Assembly: GCA_031288595.1 (NCBI GenBank)
Contig: JAITRB010000004.1
Span: 44,931 to 76,930, forward strand
Source: Puniceicoccales bacterium
GTDB taxonomy: Bacteria > Verrucomicrobiota > Verrucomicrobiia > Opitutales > JAIRLG01
DNA: 32,000 nucleotides
Reading direction: 5' to 3'
Shown: positions 1 to 8,135 of the stretch, one piece after another
Layout: each line of letters starts with the position of its first letter
Position numbering within the stretch: the first letter of the stretch is position 1
Notes under the pieces: model-generated
What the model saw: only the letters and a program-made list of their open reading frames with translations
Database searches by the model: none
Told to the model about the DNA's origin: nothing
Position numbers and translations under genes: made by a program

Positions 1-1686
1 ATGTCGGAGGACGAGGATCTCATCGACGATGGCCATCATGCCGAGGCGGTGCGAGATGATGAGGACGGTCTTGTTCCGCACGAGCTGGCGAATCGCCTGC
101 TGAATGGCGTGTTCGCTGTGTGCATCGAGGGCCGAGGTGACCTCGTCCAGGACGAGAATTGGAGCCTGTTTCAGAAAGGCCCGAGCCAGAGCGATGCGCT
201 GCCGCTGTCCGCCGGAGAGAAAATTTCCATTCTCACCGATATCCGTCCGATAGCCCTGTTCGAGCTGGCAGATGAACTCGTGGGCATGAGCACTTTGAGC
301 GGCTGCGATGACCTCCTCCTCGCTGGCCTCCCACTTACCCCAGCGGATATTATCTCCTATACTGCCGCTCAGAAGCGTGGGGTTCTGGGGGACGAAGGCC
401 ATGTGGGCCCGCAGGTCTTCAAGGGCTAGCTCGCGGATGTCGAGGCCATCGATGCAGATTTTTCCCTGCCGCACATCGTAGAACCTCATGAGCAGATTGA
501 TCAGAGTCGTCTTGCCGGCACCGCTGCTGCCCACCAGGGCATAGATTTTCCCCGTTTCGAGTCGCCAGTCAAGGTCGTGGATGACGGTTTGCTCCGGAGT
601 GTATCCAAAAGAGATGTGCTGGAAATGCACCTCTCCGCGGAGCTCGCGTATGGGCACGGGACTTTTGGGATTCTGAATGCTTTCCGGAATTTCCAGCAGC
701 GACTGTATCCGGCTGAGCCCGGCAAACCCAGTCTGGATACGGGTAGCCAACCAGCCCAGTTTTTTGATGGGGTCATAGCTGAAGTAGAGGGCACCGGTTA
801 GGGCGATGAAGGTGTCGATGGGAATGCGATGCCGGTAGGAAAAGTACATGGAGAGGCTGACCCCGACGGCGGCGATGATTTCGATGATAGGAGAGACGAG
901 GATATTGTACTTGAGGGACTGCAAGGAGGCCCTGGAGAAGAGGCGACAAGCTTCTGCGAAACGCGCCGTTTCGCGCTGCTCCATGCAGAAGGCCCGGATC
1001 TCCTGGACAGCCGAGAGGTTGCGGCTCAGGCGCTCGGTGAGAGTGGCCGCTTCGCCCTGGACCTGGCCGGCCTTGAACCTGAGGCGGCGGTTCAGCGCAC
1101 GGACGGGTAGGATGATCAGCGGAAAGGCGGCAGCATAGAGGATCAACACGAAGACTTGGGATTGCTGGAGGCAGAGGTAGAGGAGGGCCCCCACCGAGGC
1201 GAGGAAGGTAATGGGCTGCGTGAGGATATTTTCAGCGATGTCCAGCAATGCCCCTTGCAGAAGGGCAGTGTCGTTCATCGCCCGGGATATGATTTCACCG
1301 GCCGAGGTTTTGTGGAAAAATTCCAGCGGTAGGCGCTGAATCTTGGCGAAGACCTGGACACGGATATTTTCCAGCAGGCGCTGCCCGCAGAAACCGGTGT
1401 AATAGGCACTGCAGAAGCCGGAAATTCCCCGTAGGCCCATCATGAGGAATGGACAGGCGCAGAAGAGAAGGATACAGAGGGGAGACTGGTGCGCAGCCGT
1501 AAAGACGTACTTGGCGGCTACTTTCAAGATGAAAGGCACGCCGAAACCACTGGAAAGTCCGCAGAGAATACCGCAGGCGATGGCGAAGAAGAGCTGCCTT
1601 CTCAGCTCCCTCAAGTAGCGGAAATAGGAGAACAGGGAACAGGAACGCTGCCAGAGGGATGGATTGCTCGCCGTTCGCGCTTTCAT
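1..1686 (-). CDS. ABC exporter with fused permease and ATPase (MsbA/ABCB-like). N-terminus complete; C-terminus runs off the left window edge
   Basis: Absent from the ORF track because it is open at the window edge. Hand translation of the reverse strand from ATG 1686-1684 stays open to base 1 (562 codons): MKARTASNPSLWQRS... It has a hydrophobic TM half, Walker A GSSGAGKTTL, ABC signature LSGGQRQR, Walker B ILVLDE and IISHRL. Confidence 0.85.
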   Translation of the reverse strand, partial: MKARTASNPSLWQRSCSLFSYFRYLRELRRQLFFAIACGILCGLSSGFGVPFILKVAAKYVFTAAHQSPLCILLFCACPFLMMGLRGISGFCSAYYTGFCGQRLLENIRVQVFAKIQRLPLEFFHKTSAGEIISRAMNDTALLQGALLDIAENILTQPITFLASVGALLYLCLQQSQVFVLILYAAAFPLIILPVRALNRRLRFKAGQVQGEAATLTERLSRNLSAVQEIRAFCMEQRETARFAEACRLFSRASLQSLKYNILVSPIIEIIAAVGVSLSMYFSYRHRIPIDTFIALTGALYFSYDPIKKLGWLATRIQTGFAGLSRIQSLLEIPESIQNPKSPVPIRELRGEVHFQHISFGYTPEQTVIHDLDWRLETGKIYALVGSSGAGKTTLINLLMRFYDVRQGKICIDGLDIRELALEDLRAHMAFVPQNPTLLSGSIGDNIRWGKWEASEEEVIAAAQSAHAHEFICQLEQGYRTDIGENGNFLSGGQRQRIALARAFLKQAPILVLDEVTSALDAHSEHAIQQAIRQLVRNKTVLIISHRLGMMAIVDEILVLRH

Positions 1687-1756
1687 CAGGCCTTCAGCTA
1701 AGCGGCAATTTCGATGCGGTAAAGGGAATTGGCACTGGGTCATCGCGGCGTGTCCT

Positions 1757-2647
1757 CTAGCGCCGCTTGCGAATGTAGGCGATCTCTGCCCAGTCGCCGG
1801 ATGTCCGCAGAGAGGAGTAGAATTCCTGCCAGTATTTCTTGGCCAGAGGGTCGAAGACGGACTGAATCTCGGACCCTTCCTCCTTCAGGATGCCGCTCAG
1901 GGACAGCGTGCCGCCGGGCAGCACCGCGCGCAGCAGGAGGCCGGCGTGCAACTTCAGCACCGGCGCCAGGATATTGACGGATAGGAGATCGGCTTGGCGA
2001 CCGAGTAAGCCATAGGCGATGTCGGCCTCCTGGAAGTCGATGGCGGAATCCGGAATGCCATTGGACCTCGCATTCTCGCGGCTGACGCTAATGGCCTGTG
2101 GGTCGTGATCAAAGCCGAAAATTTTGCGAAAACCCAGCTTATAGGCGGCGATGGAGAGGATGCCCGATCCGCAACCGGCATCGATGTAACTCTGGGTATC
2201 GAGAAACTGGGGATGGAAGGTGATGGTGTCGACCAACCGTGCCAGGCAGAGCTGTGTCGTCTCGTGTGCTCCCGTTCCAAAGGCCAGGCCGGCGTCCAGA
2301 TAAATGCCCTGCTGGCCGTTAGGAATTCTGTAGTCCTTTCTCATCCACTCCGGCACGATGTGCAGGGGACCGATGGCGAAAGGCTTGATGAATTCCTTGT
2401 AGTGATTTTTCCAATCCGTTTCCTTCAGGACTTCCCTGGTGGGACTATAGAGCTTCAGGCGGGGGAGATGCCGGCAGAGCAATTGCCAGGCGGGTTCGAT
2501 GGAGGATTCGTCGGGAAAGTAGGCGCAGAGATGGACGGATTCTCCCGGCCTCTGCTCGAGGCTCCATTCCATGCCTTTCACTTGAATCAGGGCCTCCTCC
2601 ACAAGCGCCGTATCGGCCATCCCCAGCTCAACCCAGAATCGGTACAT
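1757..2647 (-). CDS. prmA: Ribosomal protein L11 methyltransferase
   Basis: 296 aa ORF with ATG start. PrmA hallmarks AFGTGAHETTQLCL and SAM-binding DAGCGSGILSIAA. Confidence 0.85.
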   Translation of the reverse strand: MYRFWVELGMADTALVEEALIQVKGMEWSLEQRPGESVHLCAYFPDESSIEPAWQLLCRHLPRLKLYSPTREVLKETDWKNHYKEFIKPFAIGPLHIVPEWMRKDYRIPNGQQGIYLDAGLAFGTGAHETTQLCLARLVDTITFHPQFLDTQSYIDAGCGSGILSIAAYKLGFRKIFGFDHDPQAISVSRENARSNGIPDSAIDFQEADIAYGLLGRQADLLSVNILAPVLKLHAGLLLRAVLPGGTLSLSGILKEEGSEIQSVFDPLAKKYWQEFYSSLRTSGDWAEIAYIRKRR

Positions 2648-2711
2648 GCGAGATGATCCAAGCTAAATCATGAGACTTCGCAACGGTCACCTGCTACTTC
2701 CCCTACACCCT

Positions 2712-2813
2712 CCCTCCGTTGTCTTTGGATTCCGAAGGAATCCGGCCCGCTTCGCGGGCCGCAAGCTAAGAACAAAATCACTTTTGTTCTTAGCTTGCAA
2801 AGACAACGGAGGG
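2712..2813 (+). repeat. Four-way-junction palindromic element, copy E1 (orientation A)
   Basis: Closing stem 2712-2726/2799-2813 (15 bp, CCCTCCGTTGTCTTT/AAAGACAACGGAGGG). H1 2727-2743 GGATTCC-gaa-GGAATCC. H2 2744-2760 GGCCCGC-ttc-GCGGGCC. H3 2761-2798, 17 bp stem GCAAGCTAAGAACAAAA-tcac-TTTTGTTCTTAGCTTGC. No unpaired junction nucleotides. Lies 28 nt downstream of the rpe stop. Confidence 0.9.
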
Positions 2814-2840
2814 CACTTCGCGCAAGTGCGAATATTCCTA

Positions 2841-3584
2841 TCAGACATGGAGAGGAAAAAGTTTTCTCAGAGCTTCTCGCTGAGCAGGATCGAAAAAACT
2901 ACTTCCAGAGACCAATAGATCCGCTCCATGCTGGAGGCAGTCTTGAGCCGTAGTTACATTAATCCCTCCATCAACCGCTATGAAAAAGGGAAGCTTATGC
3001 TGCCGCCGCAGCTTACCGATGCGATCGATCTTCATCAAGACATCAGGGTTAAAGCTCTGCCCACAGAATCCAGCTTGTACAGCCATGAGGAGCACGACAT
3101 CGACCTGTTCCAGCCATGGCACTAATCTTTCGGGAGATGTACCCAAGTCACAGGCCAAGCCGACTAGAACGTTCTCCTCCCGCACATACTGCAGCATGTC
3201 TCTGCTTGTCCCTTGCGATTCGATATGAAAGGAGATGAGGTCTGCTCCGGCTTCGATGAAGCTTTCTAGAAAAATCTCCGGATGTTCCAGCATGAGATGG
3301 ACATCAAAGAGAAGAGAACTGCCTTTCTTGAGGGCTTTCAGGGTTTGTGCCCCGAAGCTGAGGTTCGATACGAAATGCCCGTCCATGATATCCATATGAA
3401 CCCAAGGAAGCTGATGGAGCTCGATGATTTTTTGACTGGATCGCAGATCTCCCTGATCACCGCTGAGCAGAGAAGGGATGAGCAGCGGAGAGGAAAGTTT
3501 TTGGATTGCGGACCTTGGAGTAATAATGGTACCTCTAGGAGATTTTTCTTGAATGACGCTCTTCTTATCCTGGGTTGACCTCAT
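2841..3584 (-). CDS. rpe: Ribulose-phosphate 3-epimerase
   Basis: 247 aa. Motifs IPSLLSGD, HMDIMDGHFV, FDVHLM and AVDGGI are typical of Rpe. About 34 aa of N-terminal extension precede the conserved core, so the true start is somewhat uncertain. Confidence 0.85.
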   Translation of the reverse strand: MRSTQDKKSVIQEKSPRGTIITPRSAIQKLSSPLLIPSLLSGDQGDLRSSQKIIELHQLPWVHMDIMDGHFVSNLSFGAQTLKALKKGSSLLFDVHLMLEHPEIFLESFIEAGADLISFHIESQGTSRDMLQYVREENVLVGLACDLGTSPERLVPWLEQVDVVLLMAVQAGFCGQSFNPDVLMKIDRIGKLRRQHKLPFFIAVDGGINVTTAQDCLQHGADLLVSGSSFFDPAQREALRKLFPLHV

Positions 3585-3676
3585 CTCTTTTCATCCCTGC
3601 GGGATTTTAAGACTCATTCAAATCAAGGGCGAGAGTTTTCGATGGATTTCTGTGCTTCCTTTCCCCTGTATATTCT

Positions 3677-3774
3677 CTCCGCTGTCTTTGGATTCCGCAG
3701 GAATCCGGCCCGCTTCGCGGGCCGCAAGCTAAGAACAAAACTACTTTTGTTCTTAGCTTGTAAAGACAGCGGAG
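3677..3774 (+). repeat. Four-way-junction palindromic element, copy E2 (orientation A)
   Basis: Closing stem 3677-3689/3762-3774 (CTCCGCTGTCTTT/AAAGACAGCGGAG). H1 3690-3706 GGATTCC-gca-GGAATCC. H2 3707-3723 GGCCCGC-ttc-GCGGGCC. H3 3724-3761, same 17 bp stem as E1 with a G.T closing pair. Near-identical to E1. Lies 75 nt downstream of the lipoprotein gene stop. Confidence 0.9.
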
Positions 3775-3848
3775 GACACAAAACCCTTGAGCTCTTCTCC
3801 CAATATCGCGGATGAAGAGCCGGGAGAATCGACTAAGGAGAGGGGTCT

Positions 3849-4412
3849 TTAGCGAGATGGCGGCTTGGCGTTCTGCTTTTTCTGAACTTCTGGCAAAGGC
3901 CATGAATGGGTCACCGCGCGTCCGACCAGCTCGGCTAAATCTCGCGTCAAAATCGGAAGGATGGCATGATGGATATCCTCTGTTTCAGAAACTTCGCTGA
4001 GCGTATCGGTGCCGATGCACAGGCCTTGGAAAAGATAAGCATTGCTCTTCGTACTTCTGAGAGCAGCCGAGGCCTGTAGCGACAGCTTCAGCGACTGGGG
4101 CCGCTCATCCTGCTGGCTCTCCAAGTGAGTATCAAAAGACTCCAGGGTGATTTCCAGAACGACGTCGGCCTGGGACTCCTCCACTAATTTCCACCCGGAG
4201 GTGCGGATGAAATAACGCTGCAGCTGCTCGTTGAAAATGCCCTCGGCCTGAGGGGCGAGGGATAGGTTGCGAACCGGCGTGATGGCGATGCGGATGGCTC
4301 TCTTGGGAACCCCCAAAGTAGAACCTATCTCCCCCATACCCATCCGGTAGGCACATCCGGAGAACAGGATCATCGAACCCAGAAAGCAGAACGCGAAAAA
4401 TCGTCCCTTCAT
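3849..4412 (-). CDS. Lipoprotein, possibly LptE-like (LPS assembly)
   Basis: 187 aa. Signal peptide plus lipobox (ILFSGC). The layout after the Cys resembles LptE-type lipoproteins. Sits immediately downstream of a BamD-like gene. Function is inferred from loose resemblance only. Confidence 0.5.
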   Translation of the reverse strand: MKGRFFAFCFLGSMILFSGCAYRMGMGEIGSTLGVPKRAIRIAITPVRNLSLAPQAEGIFNEQLQRYFIRTSGWKLVEESQADVVLEITLESFDTHLESQQDERPQSLKLSLQASAALRSTKSNAYLFQGLCIGTDTLSEVSETEDIHHAILPILTRDLAELVGRAVTHSWPLPEVQKKQNAKPPSR

Positions 4413-4426
4413 TTTCGCAGAAAGGA

Positions 4427-5713
4427 TCAGAATCCCGAGCTCAGCTGCACTTGAGTCGGCTTAATGTCCAGAGCTGAATCCGTCGATTTAGGAGATGGCG
4501 GCAGAAAATCCTCCACCTTTTGCTCCTGCAATCGGCGGGAATGGCCTATTCTAGTTCCACTTCTTTCCGTCTGTTCCTCGGGAAAAGGCCTATTGGGCCC
4601 TTCTGGGTCTGGTTCTGGGAAAATACTGTCATCAGGGCCTTTAGGAGCAACTGGAGAGGAGAGCGAAGCCAGCCAACGCTGATTTTTCGCGTCCTGCTTG
4701 CGGGAATCGAAGAGAAAGTCGACGGGGGACTTCGGGGCCGCCTGACCCTGGCGGAGTCGTTGGCGCTTCCCTTCGACTTCCTCGATGATCTCTCTCGAGG
4801 AATGGATAGCCAAGGCCTCGCCGTAAAGGAGGTCGGCTGCTGGCCAGTTATTCTGAGAAAAGTAATAAAAGTCTCCCATATAAATTTTGGCCCGGGCCAG
4901 AGAGGCCTTGAGATGCTCGATCTGGCCCTGGGCCCAACGGCATCTTTCGTGCTCCGGAAAGAGGAAAATAAAATCCTCGTAGTAGCTCAGGGCTTCCCTC
5001 AGCGCCCCTTGGTCGTATTCCGGCGAGAGGACAAGGCTTTCATAGATCTCCGCCGTGAGAAGATAGGCCTCTGGGGTGAGCTCGGACTGGGGATAGCGGT
5101 CGATCAGCCGATCGAGGGTTTCGATGGCCTTGTCGGGACGTTTCTGCTCCTTTTCGATCTGGGCGATGCACAGGAGGGCCTGCGCTGCCCCTGGTGACGA
5201 GGGCGCCTTCTGGACGACATTTTGATAGAAATCGATGGCGGATTTGGGATCCCGAAATCCAGGGATGAGGCCGAAGTAATGGGGCCTTTGGCCGGACTGC
5301 AGCCGGGCTGCGATTTGAAAGATCCGTTCGACGACATCGTTAAAATACCCATAGTCCGGATACTGATCCAATATCTTTCTGAGCTGCTTGACGGCATAGA
5401 GGTACTGATGCGATGCCTCGTAGATCGCGGCGATTTGCCACAGTGCCAAGGGCGACCAGCTCGCATCACGGGCATTCTCCACCTCTTGGAATAGCCGGCG
5501 GGCGCGGCGTGACTCTCCCCGTTTCTGGAGGCGACAGGCCTCGTCGTAGCTCCTCTGCAAACTCTCTTCCCGCGCGGCCGCATCCGCGAGAGCTTGCCAG
5601 CTGCGGTCACCCCCTCTGGCTCGCCGGTGTGCCCCAGGGCGGGAATACGCCTCGGAGTCATGGATGAGGGCCAAGAGGCCGATGCCGATGAAAACGGAAG
5701 AGAGGACTCGCAT
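4427..5713 (-). CDS. Secreted TPR-repeat protein, BamD/YfiO-like, with a long low-complexity C-terminal tail
   Basis: 428 aa. N-terminal signal peptide (no lipobox Cys). Repeated TPR-like helices (DKAIETLDRLIDRYPQSELTPEAYLL; ALSYYEDFIFLFP). BamD-like C-terminal segment LARAKIYMGDFYYFSQNNWPAA. Pro/Glu/Ser-rich tail. Confidence 0.55.
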   Translation of the reverse strand: MRVLSSVFIGIGLLALIHDSEAYSRPGAHRRARGGDRSWQALADAAAREESLQRSYDEACRLQKRGESRRARRLFQEVENARDASWSPLALWQIAAIYEASHQYLYAVKQLRKILDQYPDYGYFNDVVERIFQIAARLQSGQRPHYFGLIPGFRDPKSAIDFYQNVVQKAPSSPGAAQALLCIAQIEKEQKRPDKAIETLDRLIDRYPQSELTPEAYLLTAEIYESLVLSPEYDQGALREALSYYEDFIFLFPEHERCRWAQGQIEHLKASLARAKIYMGDFYYFSQNNWPAADLLYGEALAIHSSREIIEEVEGKRQRLRQGQAAPKSPVDFLFDSRKQDAKNQRWLASLSSPVAPKGPDDSIFPEPDPEGPNRPFPEEQTERSGTRIGHSRRLQEQKVEDFLPPSPKSTDSALDIKPTQVQLSSGF

Positions 5714-5731
5714 GAAAAATTCTCTGTCTTT

Positions 5732-6745
5732 CTATTCGGATTGAAGGAGGGCTGCACCCCATGTCAATCCGGCGCCGAAGGCGAGGGTCAGTAACTTTTT
5801 TCCCCGAGCAATCCTCTCGGATCGGACGGCCTCGTCGAGGGCGATGGGGATGGCGGAGGTGGAAGTATTGCCGTAGCGATCCAGGGTGATGGTGATTCTG
5901 TCCTGCGGGATTTGCAGGTGCTGGGCGACCGCATTGATGATTCGGATATTGGCTTGATGCGGGATGAGATAATCGATCTCGCCTGAACTCAGCCCATTGC
6001 GCCGCAAAATTTCCTCCGCACATTCGCCCATAACCTGGACCGCTTCTCGGAAAACCCTTTTCCCATCCATGCGAAAAAAGTGTTCGCGCCCCTCCACGGT
6101 TTGCGGCGAGGCCGGTCGGCGAGAACCTCCGGCGGGCATGATGATTTGGTCGGCCCCCAGGCCATCGGCTCCGAGGAGAATATCGCTAATCTGCAATCTC
6201 AGCCCCTCTGGGGGAGAATTTCCCTCCGAATCCTCCGAGCGGCCAACGATGACAGCTCCGGCTCCATCACCCAGCAGGACGCAGCTGCTGCGGTCCTGCC
6301 AGTCGGTGACGGAAGACATCTTATCTCCGCAGACGAAGAGGATGTGGCGGCAATGCGGATCTCCCAACAGGCATTGCCGGGCCAGGTGCAAGCCATAGGG
6401 AAATCCCGAACAGGCGGCGTTGATGTCCAGAGCCGGAATAGGACGGCAATTCAGGCACCGTTGCAGGTAACAGGCCGTCGCCGGAAAGGGCGTGTCGGGG
6501 GTGATGGTGGCAACGAGAATCAGGTCGATGGCCTCCGGCCCGAGTCGGGCGGCCTCGAGGGCCCGGAGCGAAGCGTGATAGCAGAGATCGGAGCTCGCCT
6601 CTTCCTCCGACGCGATACGCCTTTCCCGAATGCCGGTACGGGTTCGAATCCACTCGTCATTCGTGTCCACCCGAAGGGATAGCTCGTCGTTCGTCAAGAC
6701 CTTTTTCGGCACGTAGGATCCCGTCCCACAGATGAAGATAGGCAT
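5732..6745 (-). CDS. fabH: 3-oxoacyl-ACP synthase III
   Basis: 337 aa. GTGSYVPKKVLTNDEL, TNDEWIRTRTGIRERR, active-site context NAACSGF, HQAN, GAGLTWGA. Confidence 0.92.
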   Translation of the reverse strand: MPIFICGTGSYVPKKVLTNDELSLRVDTNDEWIRTRTGIRERRIASEEEASSDLCYHASLRALEAARLGPEAIDLILVATITPDTPFPATACYLQRCLNCRPIPALDINAACSGFPYGLHLARQCLLGDPHCRHILFVCGDKMSSVTDWQDRSSCVLLGDGAGAVIVGRSEDSEGNSPPEGLRLQISDILLGADGLGADQIIMPAGGSRRPASPQTVEGREHFFRMDGKRVFREAVQVMGECAEEILRRNGLSSGEIDYLIPHQANIRIINAVAQHLQIPQDRITITLDRYGNTSTSAIPIALDEAVRSERIARGKKLLTLAFGAGLTWGAALLQSE

Positions 6746-6826
6746 GTGGGGTGCTTATGAAGCTCCTACAAGCCAAGTGGCAAGTTTTAACGTTCTATGA
6801 GTTCTAAATGGGGAGCGTTCCCTACG

Positions 6827-6922
6827 TGTTGGCTGGCTTTGCAAGGGACAAATGGCTTCTGCCATTTGTCCCTTGCGGCCCGCGCAGCGGGCCCGATGCT
6901 TTGCCTCGAAAGCCAGCCAACA
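6827..6922 (-). repeat. Four-way-junction palindromic element, copy E3 (orientation B, inverted relative to E1)
   Basis: Closing stem 6827-6840/6909-6922 (14 bp, TGTTGGCTGGCTTT/AAAGCCAGCCAACA). Long hairpin 6841-6876 GCAAGGGACAAATGGC-ttct-GCCATTTGTCCCTTGC. Core hairpin 6877-6893 GGCCCGC-gca-GCGGGCC. Short hairpin 6894-6908 CGATGC-ttt-GCCTCG (one mismatch). Lies 46 nt downstream of the plsX stop. Confidence 0.88.
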
Positions 6923-6967
6923 AAATTAACAATTCACCCTTTCCCCAAAGAGATCGGGCCTCCGGCA

Positions 6968-8023
6968 TCACTTCAGCAGGGACTTCGTCTGTTGGAGAAG
7001 CGCCATCTCCTCATCCTGCAGGCCCATTCGGGACAGGTCGGAGGCCATGTGGATGGCATGACTGATGGCCCGGGCACGGCTGGAACCGTGGGCCTTGAAG
7101 ACGGTGCCATTGAGGCCCAGGAGTGGAGCTCCGCCGTAGATCTCAGCATTGAGCTTGGCGCTCAGAGCTTCAAAGGCTCCCCGGGCACAGAAGGCACCGA
7201 AGAGGCGCAGAGGATTTTTGGAAAATTCTTTTCTGGAAAATTTTCTGAGATAGAGGGCCATCGATTCCAGCGATTTCAGGAGAATATTGCCCGTGAAACC
7301 ATCGCAGAGGACGACATCGACGCCGCTACCGAAGAGGTGGAAGCCCTCGATGAGACCGATGTAATCGATAAAGGACGACAGTTGTTTCAGCTTCTCGTGT
7401 GCCTTCTGGATGAGCTCGTTCCCCTTGCCCTCTTCTGTCCCGATGCTGAGCAGTCCGATCCGCGGCGAAGGGATTTTCAGCACCTTCTGGGCATAGACGC
7501 TGGCCAGCAGCGCATTGTGGGCTATGTGCAGTGGGGTCGATTGGGGATTGGCCCCCACATCGACCAGGACGAAATGACCCTCACTGGAGGGGATGATGCT
7601 GGCCAGTGCAGGGCGTTCGATGCCGGCGATGGGGCGCAATTTGAGTGTACTGCCGGCCATCAGACTACCGGTATTGCCGCAGCTCAGAACTGCGGATGCG
7701 GCACCGGCCTGAATGAGCTCGATGGCCCGAATCATGGAAGCATCCTTCTTCTGCTTCAGACTTTGAACCGGTTTATCGTCCATCTCGATGACCTGCGAGG
7801 TGTGGAAGATCGATAGCCTGGAGTTGTCTTCCAATCTGTGCTTTTCGAGAAGGGCCGTGAGCAAATCCCCGTCACCGACAAGGATGAGCGGGGCAAGGTC
7901 AGGGAATTGCCGAAGGGCCAGGCACACGCCTTCGAAAATCTCCTCCGGCCCACGGTCTGACCCCATCATGTCGATGGCGACGGCCCCATGGGCAGCGGGC
8001 ATGGACGGAGAGATTTTCGACAT
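6968..8023 (-). CDS. plsX: Phosphate acyltransferase PlsX
   Basis: 351 aa. AIDMMGSDRGPEE, VDVGANP, DVVLCDGFTGNILLK. Conserved rpmF-plsX-fabH gene order. Confidence 0.92.
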   Translation of the reverse strand: MSKISPSMPAAHGAVAIDMMGSDRGPEEIFEGVCLALRQFPDLAPLILVGDGDLLTALLEKHRLEDNSRLSIFHTSQVIEMDDKPVQSLKQKKDASMIRAIELIQAGAASAVLSCGNTGSLMAGSTLKLRPIAGIERPALASIIPSSEGHFVLVDVGANPQSTPLHIAHNALLASVYAQKVLKIPSPRIGLLSIGTEEGKGNELIQKAHEKLKQLSSFIDYIGLIEGFHLFGSGVDVVLCDGFTGNILLKSLESMALYLRKFSRKEFSKNPLRLFGAFCARGAFEALSAKLNAEIYGGAPLLGLNGTVFKAHGSSRARAISHAIHMASDLSRMGLQDEEMALLQQTKSLLK

Positions 8024-8135
8024 AGAATGCCCTAATCCAGAAAATTTTTCATGGGCTCCAAGCGTATAATGCCCTCAGTTCGGCGGTGAAAAACTCATCT
8101 CCACTCCGCCGTGCTCAAGGCCTGCCACCCGGCTC

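Noticed and set aside
2670..2918. ORFs running through the junction elements (2670..2918 +, 3607..3903 -, 6808..7065 +) that share peptide strings such as ARFAGRKLRTKSLLFLACK and LACGPRSGPD.
   Set aside because: The shared peptides come from translating the same palindromic repeat. There are no start-site signals, and the frames and strands differ between copies.
6641..6651. GGTTCGAATCC, a perfect tRNA T-loop consensus.
   Set aside because: The flanking bases cannot form a T-stem (ACGGG vs CCACT) and no acceptor or anticodon arms are present. On the minus strand it encodes the conserved FabH motif DEWIRTRTGI.
6797..7816. Long ORFs antisense to real genes. Examples: 6797..7816 (+) opposite plsX, 22675..23943 (+) opposite ileS, 14084..14971 (+) opposite thrS, 9288..10136 (+) opposite topB, 15544..16293 (-) and 15759..16508 (+) over the CPBP gene, and 1..429 (+) opposite the ABC exporter.
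   Set aside because: Their translations are Arg/Gly/Ala/Pro-rich with no recognisable motifs, while the opposite strand carries unambiguous conserved proteins. Long spurious antisense ORFs are expected in GC-rich DNA.
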